36,493 bases of DNA, taken from IMG/VR virus record IMGVR_UViG_3300021256_000040; one strand, written 5' to 3'. The position numbers and the translations under genes were made by a program. Shown piece by piece: positions 14,534 to 23,424 of the stretch. Position 1 is the first letter of the stretch. Each line of letters starts with the position of its first letter. The notes beneath the pieces are model-generated. The model did not search any database. It saw only the letters and a list, made by a program, of their open reading frames with translations, and was not told the origin of the DNA. Source of the stretch: a virus.

Positions 14534-15727
14534 CTAAGCACCTGTTGAAGATGTTGAATTTGATACTTGCTCAACTTTTAAGTAAGCAGGTTTCAATTTA
14601 GAAATATCCAATACCAAGAAAGCGTTATTGTCCATTGGACGACCGTTACCATATAAGTATGTCTTGTAGTAGCGTTTGTGTTCAATGAATTTGTATTCAT
14701 CTGAGAATTCGATACGTCCAGCCTGGCCTGATGCACCTAATCCCATGAAGTATTTTTTACCTAAGCCAAGTACGGCTTTTCCTTTATCAATTGCGCTTGA
14801 CTGAATAATTTGGATTGGATAAGGCAACACGTTGTTAGTATAAGTTCCGTTTGCACTTAAAACAGTAGTGGATGGCAATACCTTAGAGAAGTAATCTTCA
14901 GGATTTACGACCAAGATAACACCGTCTACAGTACGTGATACACCTTGTTCATTTTTTGCCAATTTAGCCAATTGAGGGTCTAAATCTTCAGGTAACAAGC
15001 TATTCAATGTGTTTGCAGTTTTTGCAGTATATGTAGTATGTGTTTGGTCTGTAGACAATTTACCTTTTGACAAGTCTGCCATCATTCCAATTGGGCCTGT
15101 TGCAGTATCTAAGTTTGAAACAATTCCACTTTCTAATCCATTTGCAATAGATTCAGATAAGAAAGTACGTACATAGTTATCTAACCAAGTTGGTCCCAAA
15201 TCCAACATAGCTTTTGATACTGGAATAAATGCGCTTAACATTTCGAGTGACATATCAATTTCTGCTAAGTCGGCATCAATTTCTTTTGTGATTTCATCAG
15301 TCAATGCACCCCATTTTGCAGTTGGGCGACCAGATTTAGAAACCAAGAATTTAATAGCTCCACTTGTATTTGTGAAGTTGATAGCAGACAAAAGCGGATG
15401 TGATTCAGTGATTTCTTCAAATACTTGATTAATGATTGTTTCAGGGAATGTAACTTCCACATTTGTTAATGCAGATTTAGGATTATCACTCTTTCCTGCC
15501 TTGATCCATTCACTATAGAATTTATTTTCATCGCTTGTCAAAGCACGGTTGCCACGTGCACTTAATACATTTGCATCTGCCGTTTGACGTGCCTGTTCCA
15601 ATACATTTTGTTCGATTGCTTGCGCCAATTCATCAATTGCACTTGTGAAGCCTTCTTCATCTTGGCTACGCATAGCATTAATCATTTGTTGCTTTGCAAC
15701 ATCAATTCCATTTTCTAATAATGACAT
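14534..15727 (-). CDS. Major capsid protein, HK97 family
   Basis: 397 aa with a helical N-terminal delta-like region followed by an HK97-type body. It follows the ClpP-type protease. GAAGGAGG RBS. Confidence 0.92.
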   Translation of the reverse strand: MSLLENGIDVAKQQMINAMRSQDEEGFTSAIDELAQAIEQNVLEQARQTADANVLSARGNRALTSDENKFYSEWIKAGKSDNPKSALTNVEVTFPETIINQVFEEITESHPLLSAINFTNTSGAIKFLVSKSGRPTAKWGALTDEITKEIDADLAEIDMSLEMLSAFIPVSKAMLDLGPTWLDNYVRTFLSESIANGLESGIVSNLDTATGPIGMMADLSKGKLSTDQTHTTYTAKTANTLNSLLPEDLDPQLAKLAKNEQGVSRTVDGVILVVNPEDYFSKVLPSTTVLSANGTYTNNVLPYPIQIIQSSAIDKGKAVLGLGKKYFMGLGASGQAGRIEFSDEYKFIEHKRYYKTYLYGNGRPMDNNAFLVLDISKLKPAYLKVEQVSNSTSSTGA

Positions 15728-15749
15728 TTAATTTTTCCTCCTTCATGCA

Positions 15750-16586
15750 TTAAAAAAACCAACCCTTTTTCTTGGATTGGCTGTCGTTTTTATCATCTTT
15801 TTTATCATCGTCTGATGTATCATCAGTATCATCCGCTTTATCATCGGTATCATCTGATTCATCATCAGTTTGGCTTAATAATTTATAAATTTCTTTTGCA
15901 ATTGATTTTGCGTCAATCTGCGATTGATCATGTTTGTTAAATGCAACAATCATATTGCTTAGCAATTGTTTAACTGATTGATTGGCAACACTTGATGCAT
16001 CATCTGATTTACTAATTTTTGTTGCGAATCCCATATCAACCGCTTCACTTGCAGAAATCCAAGTGCCGTTGTGATTTGTGCCATCAAGCAACGTTTGCAA
16101 TTCTTCTTCAGAAATTGAAACTTTATCTAAATAACATTCAGACGCACTTTTTGAAATTTTTTCTAATTCATCCGCTTGTTGTCGCAATTCTTCCGCATTT
16201 CCAATTGCTTGATTCCATGCATTATGAATCATCAACATTGATCCATTTCCCATGATTCTTTCATCGCCTGCCATAAAAACAAGTGATGCAGCCGAACATG
16301 CGAAACCATCACAATAAGTTACTACTTTAGCATTTGAATTCTTTAACGTGTTATAAATAGCAATTCCTTCATTGGTATATCCACCAAATGAATTGATATG
16401 TACATTGATTTGATTGATATCTTTTGACAAAGCATTTAAATCTTTAACCAAGCTATATCCGCTTGTATCACCGCTATCAAGTTGACACGCTTCATCAATT
16501 GCAGTTGATAAACTATCGACGATATCACCAAAAATATACAAATCAGCTGAATTACCACTATCAACTAAAGAGTAATATTTTTTCAT
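15750..16586 (-). CDS. Prohead (head maturation) protease, ClpP/S14-like, with a poly-acidic C-terminal tail
   Basis: INVHINSFGGYTNEGIAIYNTLK ... CDGFACSAASLVFMAGD ... MLMIHNAW is the Clp protease signature. The C-terminus reads DDESDDTDDKADDTDDTSDDDKKDDKNDSQSKKKGWFF. Confidence 0.9.
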   Translation of the reverse strand: MKKYYSLVDSGNSADLYIFGDIVDSLSTAIDEACQLDSGDTSGYSLVKDLNALSKDINQINVHINSFGGYTNEGIAIYNTLKNSNAKVVTYCDGFACSAASLVFMAGDERIMGNGSMLMIHNAWNQAIGNAEELRQQADELEKISKSASECYLDKVSISEEELQTLLDGTNHNGTWISASEAVDMGFATKISKSDDASSVANQSVKQLLSNMIVAFNKHDQSQIDAKSIAKEIYKLLSQTDDESDDTDDKADDTDDTSDDDKKDDKNDSQSKKKGWFF

Positions 16587-17752
16587 TCGTTATCCCTCTC
16601 TAAACTAACGTCATTAGAAAGCCCGTTAACGATATCCTCTATCCGTGAATAGTTCTTGGTCATAAAGAATTCATTGGCCCAGTCTTCATCAATTAAATCT
16701 AAATGGCAAATTCTACGTAAATCATTTACACAAACAAAACCACTTGAAATTAATTTATCGATTGCCGTAGCAACATCAAGTAGGTCAATGTGTTTGATAG
16801 CGGTCGTATCGAATCGGACAAATCTTCCCGACATTAGTTCTTGTTCAGAAAAATCAGTTGAATTGATTTCATCTTGTAAAAGCTCAATCAACGGATCTAT
16901 GCAAAGTGTTAAGAATGCATCCATTGCCTTTGATGTATCTTGCACCTCACCAGTAATCAACACTTTTGGTATTCCAAAAGCTCTAGCATAAATTTCAAAA
17001 GTATCATTTATCAAGGCCGTAATGTCACGCGTATTTGACATTGATTCACCTTGATATTTTTCATATTCGTAACCATCGTATAAAGGCATGACGGCATTAT
17101 CAGAATTGAAGAAGTTCTTAAAATCTTTAGTAAACATCTTAGAAACCTTTTCTTTGAATTTCTGATTCTGCTCTGCCAGTTTTGAAATATGTAAAAAGCC
17201 TTTATTGCCAAATGTCGCATTGTAATTTTTGACAGTATTCTTAATCATTTTTGAGTACATACCCATCAAGTTATCCAAGCACTGTTTGACATTATTGTTA
17301 TTCAGTTTGAAATAAAAAGCCTGTTCTCTCGTGTACGTAGCACTCATAGACATGTCATTGATTTGAATGTTTGAAAATGTGTGAGGATAAAAGGCCTGTT
17401 TTTCATCCTTTGTAAAACTATCTGCAATGTACAGACTGCCGTTAACTGGAATTACAAGCACTTCGTTTTCGTTGTATAGCTTGTAAATTAGCTTATTCCA
17501 AAATTCACTGGATGATTGATTGACGTTTGGCCTTGTGTTCCACAAATACCATCTATGATCTTTTACACGCTCTTTGCCGTCATAAACGTTAATATCACAT
17601 TTTGAAATAGCGTTTGAAATCATGTTCACACACACATTGAAAGCTACTTCATTTGCATAAATTGCACTGGCTGTATCATCATTGCCAAAGTCCGCTTGTA
17701 TGATGGTGTCTTTTCCAAAATGTTTGTTTAAAAAGTCTGCGATAAACGCCAT
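16583..17752 (-). CDS. Portal protein, HK97 family
   Basis: 389 aa between TerL and the protease, with an AAAGGAG RBS. The length and sequence character fit HK97-type portals. Confidence 0.88.
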   Translation of the reverse strand: MAFIADFLNKHFGKDTIIQADFGNDDTASAIYANEVAFNVCVNMISNAISKCDINVYDGKERVKDHRWYLWNTRPNVNQSSSEFWNKLIYKLYNENEVLVIPVNGSLYIADSFTKDEKQAFYPHTFSNIQINDMSMSATYTREQAFYFKLNNNNVKQCLDNLMGMYSKMIKNTVKNYNATFGNKGFLHISKLAEQNQKFKEKVSKMFTKDFKNFFNSDNAVMPLYDGYEYEKYQGESMSNTRDITALINDTFEIYARAFGIPKVLITGEVQDTSKAMDAFLTLCIDPLIELLQDEINSTDFSEQELMSGRFVRFDTTAIKHIDLLDVATAIDKLISSGFVCVNDLRRICHLDLIDEDWANEFFMTKNYSRIEDIVNGLSNDVSLERDNE

Positions 17753-17767
17753 TCACATCACTCCTTT

Positions 17768-19525
17768 CTAAAAAGTAAAAACCGGAATATATTCCCGGTC
17801 TTCTAAAATCTGCATATCTGTTAAATCTGATTCATAGCACATGCAAGCGACAAGCGCCATGAAGCAATCTGTTTTTCTTGAATCAGGCTCAATCTTTCCA
17901 ATCAGAAAATTACCGATATCTGCTTCACCTTTTTCAGCCAGTGTAGATTTTTTAGCGCGTATCAATTTGCAGTTGTTCGCACTCCATCTAAGCACTGGAC
18001 TGTTACCCCAGTGAAAAAAGTGATTTTGAAAGCATCTGTCAATAAGCGGATACGTCCGCATAATATCTGACGGACGCTCAAGCCTGATTGTTTTATCGTT
18101 GTATGAATACCCGATTCTTTCCAGGTAATCACGCATCAATGTATATCTGTAGTTATCAAGTACAATTTCCTTGACACTATATTTTGGCTCAATTTCTTTC
18201 TGAATGTATTCCGTAATCAATTCAGGTGATATCTCAGGTGCATCAACCAGTGTAAGCATTCCTTCCTTTGCCCAATCTCTAAATGGTGCTTTGATTTTGC
18301 TTAGCTTTGGTGACTGCATGCATACCCAACCGTGATTGATATCATATCTATCATCACCATGTTTGAAATGGCAATTGATTCCTACCCAATCGGTTGTTTT
18401 TGAATAATCTATTCCAACGATGCATTCCCATCCTGTTACATCTGGTATATCTTGATTTGTTGCTAACAGGTTATCCCAACTCGTAATTGCAAATTCCATA
18501 TCAGATTCGCGAATGTTCATCCGTTTTGTCATGAAATCGGGAAAAGCTGATTTGTTATCTTTCCAATCAATGTATTGCTTTTTTAATTCATCGTATAAAG
18601 AAACATTGAAAGGTGGATAATGTAATGATGGATTTGCTTTATTCCACATCTTTTCATTGTCCACTTCTTTTGCATCATCAAGTTTATAAATCAATGGGAG
18701 CAAACCATTTGATTGACTACCTTTGAATAAGATATTTTCACATTTTTGAAGCATATCATCTAAAGGACCATCAACAACATAACCATTTGTTGTGAATATG
18801 CTTGTCCTCGATTCTTCTTTTTTTCCTAAACCCGATTTGAATACATTTATGTTCTTGGTATTTTCATATTGGTGATATTCGTTAAATACGATTTCTGCGG
18901 AACGCATACCATCACGATTTTTGGAATTGTCCGCACGTCCTCGAATATATCCGCCATTCTTTACACCTAGGATTCCTTCTTTCGTCCACTTGAAAAATTT
19001 CATCATCTTTTTTCGGTTTCCTTCAAGCGCATTATATATATCTAAAACCGGACGGTTTGATTGCTCTTTTGAATTTGCACATATATCAACATCTGCTTGT
19101 TTGCACGATGTGTTATATGGACTTACAAGGCATAGGCTTTCTAAAGATATAGCACCATCCTTGCCATTTCCACGGCCCATCATTACAAATAAGTCCGGCC
19201 ATCTTGGATGTATCTTATCAATCCAATAAACGCACAAATGTAAACCAAGTGAGAATTTTTCCCAAGGCATCGCTTTAAATCCAAGATACTTATCCAACGC
19301 AAAATAGTGATTTGCACGATTTATATCAACCCATAAATCATCATTAGCAAATGAATTAATAACTAGGTCACGACATGCCCATTGTTCTTCACAAAATTCA
19401 TCAGGCCTTGAATCCATTTCATCAAAATATTCAGTAACAAAAAAAGGAAGTTCGCTTTTGTATGTAACTTCCTTATAATCATCATACTTTCTATGCCAAT
19501 TTCTGATTTCGCCTTTAAAGTTCAT
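17768..19525 (-). CDS. terL: Terminase large subunit (Terminase_1 family)
   Basis: 585 aa with a Walker A-like MMGRGNGKDG and a C-terminal nuclease-like region. It lies directly after the small subunit. Confidence 0.92.
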   Translation of the reverse strand: MNFKGEIRNWHRKYDDYKEVTYKSELPFFVTEYFDEMDSRPDEFCEEQWACRDLVINSFANDDLWVDINRANHYFALDKYLGFKAMPWEKFSLGLHLCVYWIDKIHPRWPDLFVMMGRGNGKDGAISLESLCLVSPYNTSCKQADVDICANSKEQSNRPVLDIYNALEGNRKKMMKFFKWTKEGILGVKNGGYIRGRADNSKNRDGMRSAEIVFNEYHQYENTKNINVFKSGLGKKEESRTSIFTTNGYVVDGPLDDMLQKCENILFKGSQSNGLLPLIYKLDDAKEVDNEKMWNKANPSLHYPPFNVSLYDELKKQYIDWKDNKSAFPDFMTKRMNIRESDMEFAITSWDNLLATNQDIPDVTGWECIVGIDYSKTTDWVGINCHFKHGDDRYDINHGWVCMQSPKLSKIKAPFRDWAKEGMLTLVDAPEISPELITEYIQKEIEPKYSVKEIVLDNYRYTLMRDYLERIGYSYNDKTIRLERPSDIMRTYPLIDRCFQNHFFHWGNSPVLRWSANNCKLIRAKKSTLAEKGEADIGNFLIGKIEPDSRKTDCFMALVACMCYESDLTDMQILEDREYIPVFTF

Positions 19526-19829
19526 CTACATCATCTTCACTCACAATTGAATCAGGATTGATATCAAGCAAACGCAAAATATCATTGTTTTGCTTTTGCA
19601 CATCCAACATCATACGAACACATTCATTTTTTTTGCGTCCCATTTTTCCGTTGGACATGACATAATCAACCATTACACCATTTTCGCTGATATCGTTTTG
19701 GCATGATCTGATGATTTCTAAATTTTTAATATATGTGTCAACCTGATTTAGATAGTAGCTTGTGTCAATACCTTTCAATTTCAATTGTTCAGTCAAGTCA
19801 CTTTCGATTTGTTTAAGTGTCTTCTCCAT
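19515..19829 (-). CDS. terS: Terminase small subunit (P27-like family)
   Basis: 104 aa from the ATG at 19829, with a GAAGGTGA RBS; the ORF-track start at 19847 is a TTG. The sequence pattern and the 11-nt overlap with TerL are typical. Confidence 0.75.
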   Translation of the reverse strand: MEKTLKQIESDLTEQLKLKGIDTSYYLNQVDTYIKNLEIIRSCQNDISENGVMVDYVMSNGKMGRKKNECVRMMLDVQKQNNDILRLLDINPDSIVSEDDVDEL

Positions 19830-19843
19830 TGCATCACCTTCCC

Positions 19844-21568
19844 TCAAATCATCATTCCATCTAGATGGTACTCTTTAAACTTTTTCCATTCCTCAATTTG
19901 CTTTTTTTCACTTTCGATACCGACTTGAAAAGCATCGAAGATGCTTATGATCATCTTTTGAATATGCCTATCGTCATGGATTGCAAGTTTCAAATGTTTG
20001 AAAATGTCCGGGTTGATATTCAGGCCAGTCTGATATCTTCTTAAAAAGTCAGGAATGACCATATCGAGAATGTAATATAAATATTTAGGTTCTACCTTAT
20101 CCGTCTGAATAACACCGTATTTCGAATCAACAAGTCCATCATGATCCATATACACAAGCTGTCCTTTTGTTGCACTTACTTGGATCAATATGCTTCCGGA
20201 TGGATATACTTTGTTCTTTTTGCTTCTCTCAAATGTCGCTATATCAAGTAGTTTCGTTTCTTTTTGATTCATAAGAAGTGCTTGATTCTTATCGATGAAA
20301 TCATTGACCGACTGCGACATCATTGATAATGTATGCTGTTCTCTTTCACGAATATGCTTGACCAGATTGTCACGATTCTGTTGATAGTCACATGGGCCGT
20401 CAAGCGTTTGAAGCATATCAATCAGGCTCTTTTCTGTATTGGATATATCATCTTCAATCGCTATTAAATCGTTTATATTTTTCTGAATATCGATTGGTGG
20501 CTTTGGTTCCGATGTATCCACATATCTTGGAATATTGAGATTATAATCATTGTCACTTATCTCATCCAATGAGGCAACATGTGAAATCTTATCTACATCC
20601 TGTCTTAGCTTATAAGCGGAAATCACTTTATCGATATGCTCTTGAAGCATAATATTCTTTTTGCCGTCCTTTTGGAACTGCTTTGATGCTTCGATGAATA
20701 GGACATCATGCTTATCTCTATTGAGCTTTAAAACAAGTATGCATACCGGAATATCTGTGTTCAAAAACAATTTATCAGGCAATCCAATGACCGTATCAAT
20801 CAGATTCTTTTCAATCAATGCTTTTCTTATTTTTTCTTCCTTTGCGCCTCTAAACAAGACACCATGCGGAAGTATGAAATAGGCTTCTCCATGCTCTTTC
20901 AAATGTGATAAAGCATGCAATATAAAAGCGTAATCGGCTTTTGCTTTTGGCGGCAACCCAAAATAAGCGAATCTCGAATCATTGGCATAGGATTCACAAT
21001 TCTCAAACTTTAGACTATATGGCGGATTGGAAATAACAATATCAGTTTTGTAACTATTGCCTTGCGCAACTTCTTCGATATCGCTAAATTGGCCGTTTTT
21101 AGTCAATTTCCAAACGTGATCAAATGTATTGGTCAACACATCACCATGCCTTACATAAGCATTGACACCACGAATGGATAAATTAAAAAGGAGCATCATG
21201 ATTGAATTTTCTGATAGCTCCTCGCAATAAAATGTTCTGTTTTTATCTTGCATCCATGTGGATATTGTTAGACCTCCTATGCCTGAACATTCATCAAGTA
21301 CGGACTGTGCATTCCCTTTTTGGATGCCTCCAAGTATCTTGCATATGCAATCTGGTGTATAGTCTTGCATCATCGATTTTCGGTTGCTCTGCTCTTCCTG
21401 GAAATAATTTGTGAACCAGTCATAAGACAGATCACTTTCAATGTTCAAAAAGTCTTTAAACGTTTTTTCTCTTTTTGATTTGTCGAACAGGATTGTTTCC
21501 AATGCATCATGGAGTTGATAAGCTTCCTTGATGCCAAGAATATCATTTATTTTCTTTGTATCAATCAT
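19844..21568 (-). CDS. Orphan N6-adenine DNA methyltransferase (HsdM-like) fused to one HsdS-like target recognition domain
   Basis: Motif I is VLDECSGIGGL and motif IV is VISNPPYS. The HsdM-type C-terminal region reads IRKALIEKNLIDTVIGLPDKLF...DNDYNLNIPRYVD. A further ~180 aa resembles an HsdS recognition domain plus conserved helix (PKYLYYIL...GLNINPDIFKHLKLAIHDDRHIQKMI). No HsdR-like gene is present. Confidence 0.85.
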   Translation of the reverse strand: MIDTKKINDILGIKEAYQLHDALETILFDKSKREKTFKDFLNIESDLSYDWFTNYFQEEQSNRKSMMQDYTPDCICKILGGIQKGNAQSVLDECSGIGGLTISTWMQDKNRTFYCEELSENSIMMLLFNLSIRGVNAYVRHGDVLTNTFDHVWKLTKNGQFSDIEEVAQGNSYKTDIVISNPPYSLKFENCESYANDSRFAYFGLPPKAKADYAFILHALSHLKEHGEAYFILPHGVLFRGAKEEKIRKALIEKNLIDTVIGLPDKLFLNTDIPVCILVLKLNRDKHDVLFIEASKQFQKDGKKNIMLQEHIDKVISAYKLRQDVDKISHVASLDEISDNDYNLNIPRYVDTSEPKPPIDIQKNINDLIAIEDDISNTEKSLIDMLQTLDGPCDYQQNRDNLVKHIREREQHTLSMMSQSVNDFIDKNQALLMNQKETKLLDIATFERSKKNKVYPSGSILIQVSATKGQLVYMDHDGLVDSKYGVIQTDKVEPKYLYYILDMVIPDFLRRYQTGLNINPDIFKHLKLAIHDDRHIQKMIISIFDAFQVGIESEKKQIEEWKKFKEYHLDGMMI

Positions 21569-21630
21569 ATGTATCCGCCAATCATAAATGTTAAGATAAT
21601 TACTTTTAAATAATTGTTATTTAATCAAAT

Positions 21631-21723
21631 CTACGCGCGCGTAACCATTTTACACAACCTTATGCCATCCCCCTACCGTGCCCTGCCATTAGTTTAGACT
21701 AACTAAATATTAGACGGGGGGTG
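21631..21723. other. Candidate cos / packaging recognition region
   Basis: A GC-rich island in AT-rich non-coding DNA between the HNH gene and the packaging genes. It holds a perfect 12-bp palindrome TACGCGCGCGTA (21632..21643). C5 (21669..21673) and G6 (21716..21721) blocks form an imperfect inverted repeat around TTAGTT...AACTAA. An HNH plus P27-type TerS plus HK97-type head is the usual cos-phage configuration. Confidence 0.35.
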
Positions 21724-21759
21724 AAAAAATTCGTTTCAGATTTTATTTTTTTTCAAGTT

Positions 21760-22170
21760 TCACCATTGTTCCTTTGTCAACTGGTTAGCTTCACGCCTTT
21801 GTTCTTCTAGCTTGTGCCTCTCTTCTAATGACAACCTGAATTGTATCTGCTTCTCAGGATGCACTTCATTGTGGCATGAGTTGCAAAGTGAAATTAGATT
21901 GCGTTCACCTTGCTCATCATAAATGTTCAAACATAAATCAGGTCTATCTTCTATGTGATTGACGTGATGTACCATGTTAGCTTTGCGTATGCGATGATAT
22001 AAGTTCTTACATCGTACGCATTCGTTGTGGTCCATATGCATGACTGTATCTCTTGTATGCTTCCATTCCTTGCGTTTGTAGAATAATGTCATACGATCGT
22101 TTGCAATACACCAATTCACAAATGCTATTTGCTCATCTGTTGCTACTCTTTCAAAGCTCAATCGCATCAC
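21760..22170 (-). CDS. HNH endonuclease (terminase-associated type)
   Basis: CVRC ... HHVNH ... NLISLCNSCHNEVH is the HNH zinc-finger nuclease signature. It lies upstream of the packaging genes. The start is GTG at 22170 or ATG at 22167. Confidence 0.88.
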   Translation of the reverse strand: MMRLSFERVATDEQIAFVNWCIANDRMTLFYKRKEWKHTRDTVMHMDHNECVRCKNLYHRIRKANMVHHVNHIEDRPDLCLNIYDEQGERNLISLCNSCHNEVHPEKQIQFRLSLEERHKLEEQRREANQLTKEQW

Positions 22171-22282
22171 CTCACAAGATAGGCACTAGTTAAGGCACAC
22201 CATAATAGATGTGCCTTGTGTGCGTATCATACAGTTACTTTATGTAACTTTGTACACTATTATTATACTTCATCAACTAGTC

Positions 22283-22711
22283 TCATTTAGTATCCTCTTT
22301 TAAAATTTTCTCAAATTCGCTCAAAGCTTTTTTATGTATTTTGTATACATAGTGTAATGAGTAATTTAGTTTGTTGCTGATATACTCCCAGCTCTTATAG
22401 TGTACATATCGTTCGTATAAGATAGTTATATGATTTGCATCAGATAGCTTATCAATCATTTCAATAGCTTCTTTCTTTGCCAACACAAGCATATCGATTT
22501 GTTTGTTTAGCTCATCTTTAAGCTCAGTCAAGCGCATTATCATGTGCGCATTGCGTTCTTCATCTTTGTGGCCTGATGTTGTTCCATCTTTATCGAACGA
22601 TATCGAACCTCCTTCAATCTGTGCTTGTAGTCTTGCTATCTCTTCGCTTTTCTCATTGATTTGTCTTGAAATCTTAGATATTCGCTTTAGATATTCGCTT
22701 GCATTAATCAT
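22283..22711 (-). CDS. Putative late-gene transcriptional regulator (sigma-70 region-4-like HTH, ArpU/RinA/DUF1492-like)
   Basis: N-terminal coiled coil. The C-terminal ILYERYVHYKSWEYISNKLNYSLHYVYKIHKKALSEF resembles a region-4 HTH. It is the last gene before the HNH/packaging block, the typical place for late activators. Confidence 0.6.
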   Translation of the reverse strand: MINASEYLKRISKISRQINEKSEEIARLQAQIEGGSISFDKDGTTSGHKDEERNAHMIMRLTELKDELNKQIDMLVLAKKEAIEMIDKLSDANHITILYERYVHYKSWEYISNKLNYSLHYVYKIHKKALSEFEKILKEDTK

Positions 22712-23064
22712 TAATTGCCACCTTTTGTATAGATAAAACTTTCCAATGTATCATAAGCTTCTTTTGTCTTTTGCTCGTAAAAATCATTTTGATGCATCGT
22801 CCATCTATCCGCCATACGTTTCAACCAGTCAAGAGCTTCAAATGCTTGTTTAATTGTTGCTTCTTTATCGATAAAAACAATTAAAGGTGAACCATCTACC
22901 TTACATTCTTTTTTTTGAGTCATATTGCAATCTCCACCGTTTATAAAGCAAAATGTTTTATCACATTCTTTGTTTTTTGATGGATCACATAAATATATTT
23001 TTGGCAGTTTATTTTCCTGTGCTTCCAAATCCGGAATCCCCTCTTTCCGTATCTTCAAAATCAT
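22711..23064 (-). CDS. Hypothetical Cys-rich early protein
   Basis: 117 aa with the N-terminal cluster CDPSKNKECDKTFCFINGGDC..KKEC. The ATG at 23064 overlaps the dUTPase 3' end by 56 nt, so the true start is uncertain. Confidence 0.55.
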   Translation of the reverse strand: MILKIRKEGIPDLEAQENKLPKIYLCDPSKNKECDKTFCFINGGDCNMTQKKECKVDGSPLIVFIDKEATIKQAFEALDWLKRMADRWTMHQNDFYEQKTKEAYDTLESFIYTKGGN

Positions 23065-23422
23065 CGACTAATTCAAGTTTCGGTAGCAAGCATGGTTGTA
23101 TGATTAGTTGGACAATCTTATCTCCTTTTTCAAACACATACTTTTTCTTGCCATGATTGTATAGCTTAACAACGATCGGTCCAGTGTATCCACTGTCGAT
23201 GACTCCTCCATGGGATACAATACTATGATTTACATTTAATCCCGATTTGCTTTCTAACTTTCCAAAATATCCAAGTGGAATCTGTACATGCACACCAGTA
23301 TTGATTGTCACGCTATCATTTGGATAGACCACAACACGCTCTGGTGTACGCAAATCAAGTCCTGCGTCTGCTTCATGACCTCTTACGGGCGCACATGCTA
23401 CCTCATCTAATTTAATTCTCAT
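23009..23422 (-). CDS. dut: dUTP diphosphatase (trimeric dUTPase)
   Basis: Motifs AGLDL, GVIDSGYTG and the terminal RGDSGFGSTG. The ATG at 23422 has GGAGGAG upstream; the 35-aa N-terminal extension in the ORF track is rejected. Confidence 0.92.
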   Translation of the reverse strand: MRIKLDEVACAPVRGHEADAGLDLRTPERVVVYPNDSVTINTGVHVQIPLGYFGKLESKSGLNVNHSIVSHGGVIDSGYTGPIVVKLYNHGKKKYVFEKGDKIVQLIIQPCLLPKLELVDDFEDTERGDSGFGSTGK

Positions 23423-23424
23423 TT

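Noticed and set aside
21631-21723. Considered a tRNA or small structured RNA gene in the GC-rich island between the HNH gene and the methylase gene.
   Set aside because: I could not fold a cloverleaf: there is no T-loop GTTCRANYC-like sequence and no acceptor-stem pairing. The position and palindromes fit a packaging site better.
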